This document shows positions 10,751 through 24,030 of a DNA stretch of 64,000 nt, piece after piece. The translations under genes were made by a program, and so were the position numbers. Each line of letters opens with the position of its first letter. The first letter of the stretch is position 1. The notes beneath the pieces were generated by a model. That model had not been told where the DNA came from. It ran no database searches and saw only the letters and a list, made by a program, of their open reading frames with translations. The DNA comes from Lama glama (taxonomy: Eukaryota), in the NCBI GenBank assembly GCA_028534125.1, contig CM052817.1, positions 30,444,001 to 30,508,000 on the forward strand, in the 5' to 3' direction.

Positions 10751-12767
10751 TTTCAACTGCATCATGTTTTCTTAAAGTATATTCCATTCTGAGTATTGGA
10801 AACAAACAGACAAACACACAAAACAAACATAAAACTAGCATCGTTACCAGAGATGGGTCTTTCTTTAGTTGAAAACAGTTCACTTCAGTTTACTATGCAT
10901 TTATGGAGTGATGAGTGGTGTGGCAGGGCCTGGGGTGGGTCCCAGTGCTATCATCCCTACTCTTATGGTAGCTTATGGTGGAGAGAGGGGATGAACACAG
11001 CACTGTTATAAGGGAGGAGACAGGCCAAAGAGGAGCACAGGGAGGAGAGGTACGTTTCAACCTGAGGTTCAAGGAATGGTTTTAGAGGAAACGACAAGTT
11101 GGCTAGATCTTGAAGGATGAATAAGAAATTTAAAAAAACAAAACTGGTGGGGAAGAAAATGTAGACCTAATAGCAAAAGCAAAAGCACAGAGAGCTGGAA
11201 TAGTACGTGTGCGGGCAGCCTGATGAGCTCAGTAACACCAAGTAATAAGTGTTGAAGCAGCAAATGCCCACAGATGAGCCCGGAGGGAGGAGGAAAGGAC
11301 AGCAGCACACTGAGGACGTCCTAAGCCGTAACGTGCATTTGAACTCAATTCCGTAGGTCATTGCTTCCCACTGCAGAGAAAACAGTGCTCACACTCAAAG
11401 CCTTTTCTGTAGTTAACAATGGCAATTCTTAATTCTGCGTTTTTTAGTTTCACAATATTAAAAAGGAACATAAGAAAATAATATGAGACCTGGCTGGTAT
11501 AGCTTATCAACTTCTACTACCTGTGTTATCTTTGTTCTGCATTTTGGTTGCACTAGTGTACATTTATCTGTCCTGGGCTAATGTGAAAAGAATGGAGGCA
11601 GCTTTTCTATTTAAGTAATGTGTTCATGCCAGAGCAGAGCAAATACTTAGACAAATGGAGTCAAGCCACAGCTTATTATATAGCAAAGCATTTGAAAATA
11701 CAAGAACTTAAGGCCACTGAAAGCAATGTTACAGTTTCAGGACAATATTAACTGTCATAACTGAATTAACATGCAAATTTGAATATTCTTCTGTTGTACA
11801 GTTTGGTTCATTTTTTAATATGAAAATATATTTTGGTTTCATAATTGTATTAGCTTTAAACATAATGAACTTGATTTTATGTTTACACACATATAAGTGC
11901 TTTTATAATAAATTAATCCAAGGTGGTACAAGTTGAGATGAAATAATGTGTTTCCTCTTTAAAAAACATGCCATATGTGAAACAAACAAACAAACAAACA
12001 TGCCATATGTAATCTGAGTTTGAGAAACATTCTTATTGGTGAGGAGAAACCACTGATTGGTTTAATCACGAAAAGGTTAAGGTGAGGCAAAAAGCACTTT
12101 ACAAAGATAGGTTAGGTGAAGAAAGGGTAAGAAGATGGCAAAAGTAAGTGGCAGAAGAGCTAAGAGGTCAGTTAAGGGTTTGTTTCAATGGTTCATTAAA
12201 AAGATGATGAAGACCTGAATTAAGTACTGATAACAGAGAGAGAAAGGAGATAGAATTGAGATATATTAGGGAAAAAGTCATACTGATTTGGAAAATAAGT
12301 TACTCTAAGTAAATTGTGTATTCCATTCACTTAGCCTCTCGGTTAAGATTATGACCAAAAACTCTGTTGCAATTTCTGCTAAAAATCAGCAGACATTGAC
12401 ACTGCAACTTTTAGCTGATCCCAGGAAATTAGAGTTTGGGTGATCTAGGTATAGAATGCAGCAAGGTCAAAGCAGATATAATTGAGGTGTGCTCGGAATG
12501 ACAGGTCTAGCTACCTGAGCAGAAAAAAGAGGAGGAATCCTAAAAGGATTTACTGGTTGGTCCTAAAGAAAAAAAAAAATCAATTTCATTCAGTCTAAGT
12601 ATAGCCTAACCCAGACCAATAAATGACCTGCTTAGCTTTGATACAGGGCTTTCTATCTAATTTCAGGAAGAAAATTGGAAACTGCATCCTACTTCTCAAA
12701 TATGCCCATTTAGTACTATTAGAAATCCCACAGGGAGATGATGCTCAAGAAGCAATTAAATGAATAA

Positions 12768-12981
12768 CAAGGTTTCCCAACCTGGATACTATTGACATTT
12801 TGATCCAAGTAATTTTCTGTTGTTGGGGGATGTCCTGTGCACTGCAGGGTGTTTAGTAGCATCCCTGTCTCCATAGACTACATACCAGTAGTACCTCCTC
12901 AGTTGTGACACCAAAAATCTATCTCCAGACATTGTCAAATGTCCCTTGGGGAGCAAAATCATTCTCTATTGAGAACCACTG
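12768..12981 (-). mobile_element. MER20 (hAT-Charlie non-autonomous DNA transposon), near full length
   Basis: actattgacattttg...tgtcctgtgcactgcagggtgtttagtagcatccctg...agttgtgacaccaaaa...tctccagacattgtcaaatgtccc...ttgagaaccactg. Confidence 0.9.
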
Positions 12982-13237
12982 TTAATTACAGAGCAAAGTG
13001 TCTCGTGTCACTTCTCCCACAATCTTCTAAATGACATTGTTCTATTCAATACAGAGGCTTAAGTTTTAAGAACATACATTCCCTATCATGGAGTGCATGA
13101 AAGTTGCCCATCAATGTATTTTTTTTTCCCTGAACTAATCTCAGTTTTTAAAATGTTGTACAGTACAACCTAGATTAATCACTTAATCTGCCTAGGCATC
13201 TGCTTCCTCATCCATAAAATTAAAAAGTGGGACTAAT

Positions 13238-13421
13238 TTGGCTTTTCCCAAACCTGCCTGATCCTCAGTCATTTGGAATCTTCATTATAAAAATGTAAGA
13301 TTCCTGGACTCTAGCCAAACATACTGTAACAGAGTATTCGGGGGAGGGGGTGGCCTGAGAGTCTATATTTTTAAACAAGTTCTCAGGAGAGTCTTGTCAT
13401 CAGACAAGTTTATGGAACACT
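13238..13421 (+). mobile_element. MER5B-like hAT element nested in a MIR
   Basis: ttcccaaacctgcctgatc...agattcctgg...tatatttttaaacaag...catcagacaagtttatggaacact. MIR sequence lies on both sides (13180-13236 and 13422-13466). Confidence 0.7.
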
Positions 13422-16400
13422 AAATCAGATAATCTCTAAGGTCCTATCCAGCTCTAACACTCAAGACCTTTCTAAAGAGAAAAACATGTTAGGAAGACCA
13501 TTTATTCTTCTAGGCCACTGAAAGAGTACAATAGTAATTGAATTCACCACCCTGGTAATTTAGAAAGCAGTACTTGAGTGACCTGAAAGAGTTACAGGGA
13601 CCCCCTGAGAACAAGTTAGTCAACAGAAACACTTGGCAGCATTTAAAAACATTGAAAGCACTAGTAACAAGGGCATTTTGCTGTATAAGGTATGAGACAC
13701 TTTCAAAGCTAAGGCTCCTAGACTCCATCACTCAACTGTAACACCTTTATTTCCACCTGTGTTTATTTCTGCTCTGCTTTTATAGCTTCAGAATATTGAC
13801 ACAAAATAAGAAACAGTAAAAAGGCAATCTTCTTGAAATGAAAATGCATATAACCTGCAGTGTCTTCCCTTCATTTATGTATTTCTCAGAAGACAAGGCA
13901 GCTCCAGGAGGGATTCGGTCTACATGGTGCAGTGTCTCCCATCACGACTCCTTAAGCCTTTAGCCCTTTTGGAACAGGAAATCTGGGAACCCTGCATGAA
14001 GCAATGCTCTTGGTGGAAATGCTGAGTAATAGTTCTACTTCATACGTAATGGTATCACCTCCTGAGTTCACTGAACTGATGGATGGTACAGCCATTTGCT
14101 TAAGGCTGTGGATTATGTCACTTTATTAAGCCTAAAAAGTTACAGAAATGGCCGTTACCCGAACAAATAAAAAGATAGATTACAGTAGTGGGTTATTATG
14201 CCAGGAAGGAGACATGACAGAGTGGACAGCTTGTGAGCTGATGTCCTCGAATGGCACATGTTGCCTGAAGAGTGCAGGGCTGTAAACTATGTACTGTCCG
14301 TCACAGTCTCCCCACGGTCCAAATGCACAGACCGCCTCTATCCTATATAGGAGACTGAAAGCACTCAATAACGTCCATCCTGGGAATAATCTCAGCGCTC
14401 ATTTAGGCAGTTCCTTTTATGAACCTGATTACATTAATGCGGTTCACACATTAAGCCCCCATTACGTTTTCTTTAGTCACAAAGTACTTTCAGCTATATT
14501 TGTTTTTCTCCCTTCCTGATAGCTATGTGTAAGAGAACAAAACAGTAACAGGCTGGGGGCTTTTCTCCATGCCCACTGCAAGTCAAAAGCATGATCATGC
14601 AATAATTCTTTTTGTGTTTTCTGTTAAACTTTAGTAGGCCCAGCAAATTTCCTTACAGTGGATATCCAGGCTATGTTTACATTACAATCTATTTCAAACA
14701 TTGGAAATATGTAACTTTGTTATTTCAAGCAATGTGCTAAGTGTTAGAAAGGGGGCCACTGTGCTTCCTCTCAAAAGATTTTATATTAACTGCATCCCAT
14801 GGCTCATAGATTGTTGTGTAGTCTGGTCCAGCTAGAAGAGTACTTCGTATTTCAGTGGATCCAGCAGATCAAAACACCTGGATAAATGCACAGCATTTCT
14901 CCAACTTAATCTTGGAAAAGAGATTGTGGTTATAAGTACATTCTAGAAACTTTCAATGTTGTTTCCAGAAAACGATATGGAGCCAATGAAAGACATTAGG
15001 AACGTGCGTTACGGGGTCAGATTTGCCTCTTAGACATTACTGTGGTGTGGGGGAAGAGTCTGCAGGGGAATGATGCAAATGATAATGAGTAATCATAAGG
15101 ACTTGAACTTGGACAATTCACCCAATTAGAGTTTTTAAATGTGCCAGTCCCTAACTTCTGCAGTCTTCATATTTCTGCATCCAGTGCTTGGCTTTGCAGA
15201 GCCAGACCACAATTCCTTTGCAAAGGCACCTAAAAGTGACAGCCTTTGGGGATCCACCTCACACCAATGGAACTCTCAGACCTTGACGTACAAAGTGGAA
15301 TGTGAGTTTTTATTTTATTAACTTAAGTGGAAGAATATTTCATTCCAGTGAATGGAATACATAATTTACCTTTTAGCTTAATTAGCCTGACACAGATTCC
15401 AGTCCTAAAGTGCCCTTCTATCTGTATTCCCCCAAGAGGTGCCTATTTCATTAGTTCTGTTTGATGCTAGTGGGTGTTACTAATAAAACGGGCTTCAGCC
15501 TCATCTATGGTTGGGAAATACGTGGTAACAAAATCAAATTTTTTTTTAACTGATACTTCTCTAGCTTCTGTGGTGCTGATGCACACAGTGATTCTCTGAG
15601 AGGGATGCCATGCTGTGATTTCCGAAGTTACCTAACATCCCATGCTTTTCCCCCCAGAGCCTATCTCCGTATTAGTGTTTTCCACAATACACTTGAAAGG
15701 ATGTCTCTGTGTTCTCAATGCTGTTACATCATTGCACTCATCTTAAATGGTTTAATAGTTCTAGGAGGCATTTCACAAACCAAATCACTTCCTTGTGGGG
15801 ACTTGTGACATATGACTCAGGGAGCATGGAGTGTGTGATAAGCCTGCGGTATCTTAACAACCCTCATAGCAATTAACGTTAGCCTTCATTATGTGATTCT
15901 AACTTCTGCAGTTTTAATATTTGTGCAGATGTCTTTCTCCCCTCCCCACCTACCTTTATTCACTAAATGCTCTATGATTCTGCAGTGGCCATTAGACTTG
16001 CATCAACGACTCCTCACTGCATATTGAAACTTTCATTTAAATCTTGAAATGAAAATGCACAAGGCATTTCTGTCTTTAATCTAAGTATGTCACTGATATA
16101 TTTACATAAAAATAAAGAAAAAATTAAAATATTTAACTTTAAGGTATCAATTTAATTTTGAAAGACCCATTTACCAAGTGTTTCCATTTTTCACAAAAAT
16201 TGTTTTCAGTGGCTAACCAGAAATTAGGCCAGTAACGGTGTACTCCAGAAGTTAATTTTGATCAAATCCAAATTCAGATTGAAATATTTAGTACTACAAA
16301 ATAACCCTTTCCTCCTTGTTTCTGAAAACTCCAGATTTTTTAAATTTCCAATTCGGACAATCTCTGCCCTCCTGAACTCTGCTAAAAACATATCTGTAAA

Positions 16401-19269
16401 TAAAATCTTTAAAAGTAAGACTTTTGTCATTGCCATCACCTGGGCAACTTAATGGGCCTTCGCAGAGAAATTCCATTTGATGAGAAGAGCACTTCACAGC
16501 CCTGAAGTGGTTACTGTGATCGCTTGTCAAGCTGTTTTACCAGACCAGGTCTGTCTTTCAGCATATTTTTTTTCTTTTTACTTTCATAAAATTTTGGAAA
16601 CTTTTCAAAAACTTTTAATAAGATGTTGGCATTTTACCTTTTTTTTTTTCTCTCTTCCATTTAGGATTCATTATTTGGAAGTGAAAAGACTTTGGCCAGA
16701 GGGGCTGACTTTGGTAAACTGATTTTGTTTTCCCCTTGTAGATGCTTCAGAAGAAACAGTAAGATAGAATGCACTTTGCCAAACCTTGGGGCAGGGTGCT
16801 TGCTTTAATGAACTGACATTTCATTTTAGTTTTTAAGTCCCTGAGGGAAGAAGGCTAAAGAAGAAAGCAATTCTGAAGGAAGTTATCCATCTAAACACAT
16901 GCAACAGAAATTCAGACTACAGATTCTTCTTTTGAAATCCTAAGATTTCCAATTGGAATTCTGGCTTCAAAGACATTACTTTCAGTTTCTCTTTCTTTAA
17001 TCTAATGGAGTGTAACATTTCACAGACTAAAAGGGCATTCTTAAACTAAATTAGCATAATTTAACAATTTGAACATTTGTTAATTGGAAAAGTAAGATTT
17101 ATATGCAAATAGGCCATAATTTTGATTACACATATAAATTATACCGCTTTGAACCATTGCTGATGCCAGAACTGTGAGTTTATTAAATAGATACTGTATT
17201 TTATCACATTCGTTAAATCTAAATCATAAGATTTGAAAGACCCAGACATCACTTTAAATTGCCATTTAGTGCTTATAGTAATCTTTTGGTACTGGTCATT
17301 CATGACTTGGTACTACAAATACATGTTGAAGAAGAACATGGGTAGAAATAGGAGAATGGGGAGGGGAGAATAAATAGATAGATTGAGCTACTCCTTTCCT
17401 GGATTCACATTTTAATTGAGGAAGACTCAAAAATATGTACATATTCTTCTAATGCAAGCTAGTTACAAAAGAGGTACAGAGATCTAAGTATAGAAACAGG
17501 TATGGAACCTGAATGCTTTGCCTTCCTCTAGAATCAGGACATTGACAGAATGGAAGATGGATGGCTTCCTAAAAGCAATCGGATGCTGTTACCAGAAGGT
17601 GGAATGCATACTGAATGGTCAAAACCAAAACAAAACAAAACAAAAAATAAATAAATACCACAATACTGAAAGAAAAAACAAAACTGATCTAATTACAGGT
17701 CCACTGGAGTGGGAGTGGAAACACAGAGATTCATTCATTAAATGACAGGGATCAATGGACTAGCTTCTCTCTAATTTCTTCCATCTCTGACATTTTGTTT
17801 CTATATCAAAAGTTTCAAATAAATGTGTTCTACTGGTGTAGAGAAGTCACTACAAGGAGCAATTAGGACTGTGTGAGGATGGGTACATGAACAGTCTTTT
17901 TTCCGCTACTTATTTCCAAAACTGAATGCTGCCCCTTCAAGTTTTTGCATAATGAAAAGATCCCCTAGAAAACCTTAAATAGCATTGTGATTATTTTGTT
18001 GCTTAAACAGGATTCAGTTAAGCTCCTATCATGTGACTGCAGCCTGCTAAACACTGGAGTTACAAAGCTGGCTGAAAAAGGTCCATTCTTTCCAAGAATT
18101 CTCAGTGGGGAGAGACAAACAGAAAATCATAAGGTTTCAGTGTATAAAGTGTTATAATAGATATGATCAGGATGCTATGCCACCAAAAATAAGAGGTAAC
18201 TTCCCCATCCAAAGATCTCATGAAGAGTTTCCTGGAGTAATGCACGAATGAACTAAGTTTGTAAGTGAGAACAACTAGATGTAAAGGAATGGGGATGAAA
18301 AGGTTTCTTAAGGGCTTTTCTCCAACTATCAAGGCTAAAATTTAGTTTTTAATCACTTCCCCTTTAAAGGTGACCTTCAACTCCAATCATGTATAAATCA
18401 AGAGAATCTCCTTTAATGTCAAAATCATAACAACAGCACATGTAATAGTAGCACATAAACATATTGGAATAAAGCTCCTTCTGGCTTTTGCCAATTCTGT
18501 AATACATTTTCATCTTTATTGAACATCATATTGTAACCATCATAAACATCTATTGTTAAATCTACTAAGAAATAATAGCAGAGACTTTGAGAATAAATGT
18601 TGGCAATTTCTAAGACTGGATAGACACAAAAATAATCAGAATTAAGATAGTTAGAATCTAATTGTGTTTTGAATTAATAATAGCCAAAGTGAAGCAATTT
18701 CTTGCTTTTACTTCAGAGTTCATGATTTTGCAGTGTCACCTATAACTTTATAACTTACATTAAAGAGCCAGAGAGAATAACAAAATCTTGGAATTAATAC
18801 TGGGAAAGTAAGTCATCGCCATGCTTCATAAGCACGTTTCATCCAGCACTGGATGTAAGATAGATTATGAAGGTATCCCCTTTAAGTATGCCTTACAATC
18901 ACTGTCATATGTTATGTAAGAGCCTGCAAACAGTAACTGCCAAAACATTGGGAAAGCCCAAAAATATTTATACAACATACACTCAGCAGCTAGATGATGC
19001 TGGGGATTCCCTGCCTCAAACATTCATGTATATTAACTGAAGAAAACAGTTCCAGAACAACAACAAAAATACCTTAAGCCAAAACAGCAATTTATAAGTG
19101 AACTGTACACAGTATGAGAATGTGTACAAGGACATTATCCCATGGAAAAATGGATTTAGTTTCAAACAGTAATTAATGAACCATGGACATTTCCTGAGTT
19201 TCCCTTCATTCTTCTTGCACTCCATCCAGTTTCCACCTCATCATTCTATATAAATAAATGTTGTAAAGA

Positions 19270-19860
19270 GCGATAATGGCCCCTCCGTCCCTAAAATGGA
19301 CATATTTAAATCACTTTTCTTGACTCTTCAGCTACAGTAACACCAATGATGCATCTCTCCTCTGGACACCTTCTCTTCCATTAGCTTCTATAATATTTCC
19401 CTCATTTTCTTTCTATTTTATGGCTATTTCTTCTTTACAACTCATCCTTCTCTAACAGGTCTTTAATGAAATAGTTCTTCATGGCTTAGACATGAGTTTC
19501 TTTCTATTTTCACTTTATATGCTCTTTCTCTTTCTGGGTATTCTTAGTCACACTAATAAACTTAATCATCATAGGTGATTAGACAATTCCCAAATTATGT
19601 CTCCATATATAAATCCTCTTCTTAGATCCAGGGCAATACATTAAACCCCCTTCTTAACATCTCTCCTAAGATAGTTCAAATTCTAAGATTTTCAGAAATA
19701 ATTCAAGGCTAATTTGATGTCTACAAAATCAATAGACCTAAATGCCATTCTACTCCCAAACTTGGTCTTTACCAATAATCCCCAGCCCGGTAAACACCAC
19801 CTCCACAAATGGAGTTGAGCAAGTTAAACTTAGGAATCATTTTTGATAACTTCAGCTCCC
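19270..19860 (+). mobile_element. L2 fragment
   Basis: Pyrimidine-rich L2 sense hallmarks: ttgactcttcagc, caccttctcttccattagcttcta, ttcccaaattatgtctcc, ttcttaacatctc. Confidence 0.65.
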
Positions 19861-19879
19861 TCAAAACATTTGATATACC

Positions 19880-20425
19880 ATTTCTTTTTCAGATAGTTCA
19901 GTATTAATGTATAGAAATGCAACTGGTTTTTACATGTTGATTTTATATCCAGCAACTTGAAGTTGTTTATTAGTTCTAAAAGATTTTTGGATTCTATAGG
20001 TTTTCTATATATAGTATCATATCATCTGCAAACAGAGACACTTTTACTTCTTCCTTTCCAGCTTGGATGCTGTTTATTTATTTTTTTTCTTGCCTAATTG
20101 CTCTGGCTAGGACTTCCAGAGCACTAGGCACTAGCACATAGTACTAGGAATTTCAGCACTATGTCAAATAAAAGTGGCAAGAGTGTATACTCCTACGATA
20201 TTTCTGATCACAGAGGAAAAGCTTTTAACTTTTCAACAATGAGTATGATGTTAGCTGTGGGCTTGTCATATATGGCCTTTATTATGTTGAGCTACATTCT
20301 TTCTATATCCAATTTTGAAGGTTTTTATTATGAAAGGATTTTGAATTTTGTCAAATGCTTTTTCTGCATCTATTGAGATGATCATATGATTTTTATCTTT
20401 CATTGTGTTAATGTCATGTATCACA
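19880..20425 (-). mobile_element. L1 ORF2 reverse-transcriptase-domain fragment (degenerate)
   Basis: tcatatcatctgcaaa is the reverse complement encoding FADDMI. aaatgctttttctgcatctattgagatgatcat encodes [11 protein letters not shown]. Confidence 0.9.
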
Positions 20426-20545
20426 CTATGGGTCTGTATGTACAGATAGTTAAACCCTCCTTCACAAGTGATGTTTTAAAAGCAGAAACATAACTATACC
20501 ACATCCACACTGAAAAATAGTTTGCAATCTCTGATGGTTTACTTT

Positions 20546-20610
20546 TAAAATATTTCAATACAAATAGTGAATAAAATAAAATATTTCAATACAAATACAT
20601 GTGAATAAAA
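20546..20610. repeat. 31-bp tandem duplication (second copy has 3 extra nt)
   Basis: taaaatatttcaatacaaata(cat)gtgaataaaa x2. Confidence 0.9.
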
Positions 20611-21262
20611 TAATTTCAGTTTACAGCCTAGGGCTGTTATCATTTGAAATACACTAATCAGAAATGGACACTTGAGGAATGGCTACATATGCACCTAACA
20701 TATAACTATAGAAATATAAATCAGATAGTATAATTAGCATAAAGGACATTAGAAATAATTTTTCATTCGTAAGGTGAGTTGTATTCAAGATACATGGTTG
20801 ACTAGAAATGTTGTATCAGACCTAACACCCTTGCATTAATGAAGAATGAGAATCTAGCAAACATAGTAGCCTGATAAATCGAGGATAGCCCTTTAGTTCT
20901 AGAGTTCTGTTGGTCCTGAGTTTATCTACTGTACACAGAATGCTATTATCTAACTAAACTATCTGGTTGGTTGCTCCTGCCTTTAGAAAGAATATAATTG
21001 GCCTTGTTTTGTAAGAAGTTTGCCAAAGTGCCAAAGGACAGTGCCTGAATCAATGTTCTCATGGCTTCTTTCTATTCAATTTCACATATTTGATAGCATT
21101 GTTTAAGAATTTCTCTCATTATAAAATTATCCATATGAACAACCTACTCAAACTATTAGTGAATACAAGTATTTACCAAAAGAACCTGACAGTGGTGAAA
21201 AGTCAAATTGTTTTCGGTCAGGACATGGTACCACTCAATAGTTTCTTATCGCTTTCAAGATA

Positions 21263-21304
21263 ATGACTTACATCTTTGATATGACTTACATCTTTGATAT
21301 GACT
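21263..21304. repeat. 18-bp tandem repeat, ~2.3 copies
   Basis: atgacttacatctttgat x2 followed by atgact. Confidence 0.95.
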
Positions 21305-21672
21305 ATCGCAGGCTTCTCAGGCTGCCATGAAAAAATGCCATAGACTGAATGACCTAAACAACAGAATTTTATTTTCTCAGTTCTGGACGCTGGGAATTCT
21401 AAGAGTAAGGTCCAGCAGGGTTTGTTTTCTGGTGAGGACTCTTCCTGGCTTGCAGACAGCCACGTCCTGACTGTGTCCTCACACGGCAGAGAGAGAACAA
21501 GCTCTGGCATCTTCTTTCTCCTTATAAGGATACCAATCTAATCGTATTAGGGCCCCACCCTTATGACTTAACCTTCATCACCTCTCAGGCCCCATCTCCA
21601 AGAACAGTCACATTTGAGGATAGGGCTTCCACATATGAATTTTGGGGAGACACAAACATTCAATTCATAACA
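21304..21672 (-). mobile_element. MLT1A/B-type MaLR solo LTR with 5-bp TSD ATGAC
   Basis: ggctgccat...aacaacagaattttatt...tctggtgaggactcttcctggcttgcagac...cttataaggatacc...catatgaattttggggagacacaaacattcaattcataaca. ATGAC is at 21299-21303 and 21673-21677. Confidence 0.9.
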
Positions 21673-22269
21673 ATGACCTATAAGGCTAATATGATCCTTG
21701 ACCATTTAATCAACAACATCTCACATAAATCTGTTCACTGCCTGCACTCTAGCTACATGCAGACTTCTCTCAGTTTTTGGAATCCCCATTCCTTCTCTCT
21801 ACTGAGTTGGCTGATTTTCCTCCTCTCACGTCATGTAGCCAATGCTAACTCATCCTTCTGTTACCAGCTCAAACTGCTCTGAGAAATCTTTATGTTTTCT
21901 CATTTATTGTTTCAATTACTTAAAAACAAACAAACAAAAACTAGGTCTATGACACGCCTCATTTGGAATTTCATTGAAGCACACACTTGAATTTGTTATT
22001 GTTGGTGGTGGAGTGCGTGGCGTGCCATCTAGTGAGTATTTGTATGTCTACTTTAGAGTCCACTTCTTATGCCAACATTTTTTAAACTTCTATTAGAAAA
22101 TGTGGGCATTAGTTATTATCTTCATTTTAGAGCAGATGAAACAGATTTTGATGCTATGCTGTTATTTGTAAATCTGAATATTTATGGAAATAGCAGTAAA
22201 AGACCAAACCTGTTCTCTGGCCTCAAGAAGCTTACCCAGGTCAGTGGGGGAACTAGTCACTAAACAACC

Positions 22270-22610
22270 AAAATCAGATATAATTATGGCATATGACAAA
22301 TTCTATACAAATGCCAAGTATTAGTAACATTAACGTTATTTTACAATCAGTGGGCAGGAAAGACCTCTCTGAGCAAATGACATTATGGTGAGACCACACA
22401 TTGACTAGAAATGTTCCAGTAGAAGAGGGGGAAGAAAATTCCAGAAGGTTCAACACACATGGAGGCCCTGAGGTAGAAACTGAAAGAAGCTCAGTGTGAC
22501 TAGAGAATAGTGAACTAGAGGGAAGCCAGCATGTGTAAGATGAGAAATACTGGTAAAAGCCAGTAATGCAGAACCTTAGCCTCAAAGGGATTTTGGATTT
22601 TATTTATAAA
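22270..22610 (-). mobile_element. L2 fragment
   Basis: caggaaagacctctctgagcaaatgacatt...ggccctgagg...gggattttggattttatt. Confidence 0.6.
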
Positions 22611-23729
22611 TATAATACTTTATTTTAATTTCTTTATATAACCATTTGTTAGAATATTGTTCCATAAAAACTGGGGTAATATTCAATCAGAATTCAGTGA
22701 AAATTTTTATATAGCAATTAAGATAATCTGGTCTAGATATACTGCTTCCTAATGTTCTAAACTGAAAGTCATAGAGCACAGAAAATCTCGAGAAGTAGGT
22801 GGTTGACAGGGTCCTTGGAGAGAGTCAGTATTTCTTTCTTTCTCAAGAGAACTATTATCTCAGCCATATATTTGGCAGGAATTAGATGACAAGTCAATTC
22901 ATGTCTCTGCACACAGGCAAGTGCCTAAATATGCAGATAGTCAGTGTGTATTTTCTGATGAATGTTTAACATATTTCCATCTCCAGAAGTGGAGGTAACA
23001 AAGCTAATATTACATGATGAACAGAATAATGGGGCATTCTACCTCAACATAAATAAATAAATAAATAAATAAAGGAAATTATAAAAAATAGCTGATGAGT
23101 CAAAAATCTCTTTTTCAGAGTGTTTTAAATTAAGATGTCTACTTGCAGTAATGTGGCAGGATACATGGAAGTATATATGTTTTCAAAGCAGAGGTTTAGT
23201 GATGGAGGAACCCACTTAAAGAAGCACAAGAGTTTGGCCAGCATTATTCTGAGATCTCTTCCTCCAAAGTGAATTTGAACCTCAGTTTTCATGGTTTCAC
23301 TGTGTATAGAAACTAGTATCCAAAGACCAAACCTGTTCAAGGCAGAAATCTATCTTCTTATAACTGAGATTCTAAGGGGTTATCTCCTCAGGGAAAGGGT
23401 GGGGAGGAAATAACCCACTCTGCAGAGAACGACAAGAAAATGAACTCTCTCAAATCTTGAAACTGCCTAAAGGGCACTGGTTAAAAATGGTGATTAAGAT
23501 TTTAGAGCCACAAACTGGCCTCCTGCAGGTTTACAGCCCAATTTCACACAGTCTTGGTAGTCTGAAAGCCCTCAAACTGAGAATATAATTTAGAGAGTCT
23601 AGATTCACAGAAGTAAATGGAAATCCTTTCTGGAAGAACACACTTCTACCCCAGTTCACAATTAAAAGTCTAATGAGCAGCTCATAACACAGCACACAAC
23701 ACAAAGGAAACAATGCATCACAGGCAAGA

Positions 23730-24030
23730 GACAGGAGAAATAATAGAAAACACTGACTCGTGAGTACTTCAGATAATGGAATTATCAGAGACTGTCTCCA
23801 AGATAAACATATTTATTACATTCAAAGATTTTTTTTAATCTTAAAATATATTCTGTCAACAAGAAACTACAAGGAGTGACTAAGAAAATGTTAAAAGGAA
23901 CCAAAAAAGAATTTCTAAAAATATAATTAAAATTTAAAATCCAATGAATGGCAGTCACAACTAAGAAGAGAATTAGTGAAGAAGAAGATAATTCTGAGGA
24001 AATTATTCAAAATTCAGCAGAGAAAAAAAA
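23730..24030 (+). mobile_element. Old L1/HAL1 ORF1-region fragment
   Basis: cagataatggaattatcaga...aaccaaaaaagaatttctaaaaat...gaagagaattagtgaa...gaggaaattattcaaaattcagcag. Confidence 0.6.

Noticed and set aside
11700..12030. Possible hAT-Charlie remnant (gagtttgagaaaca end)
   Set aside because: Only one terminal-like motif was seen, so a family could not be supported.
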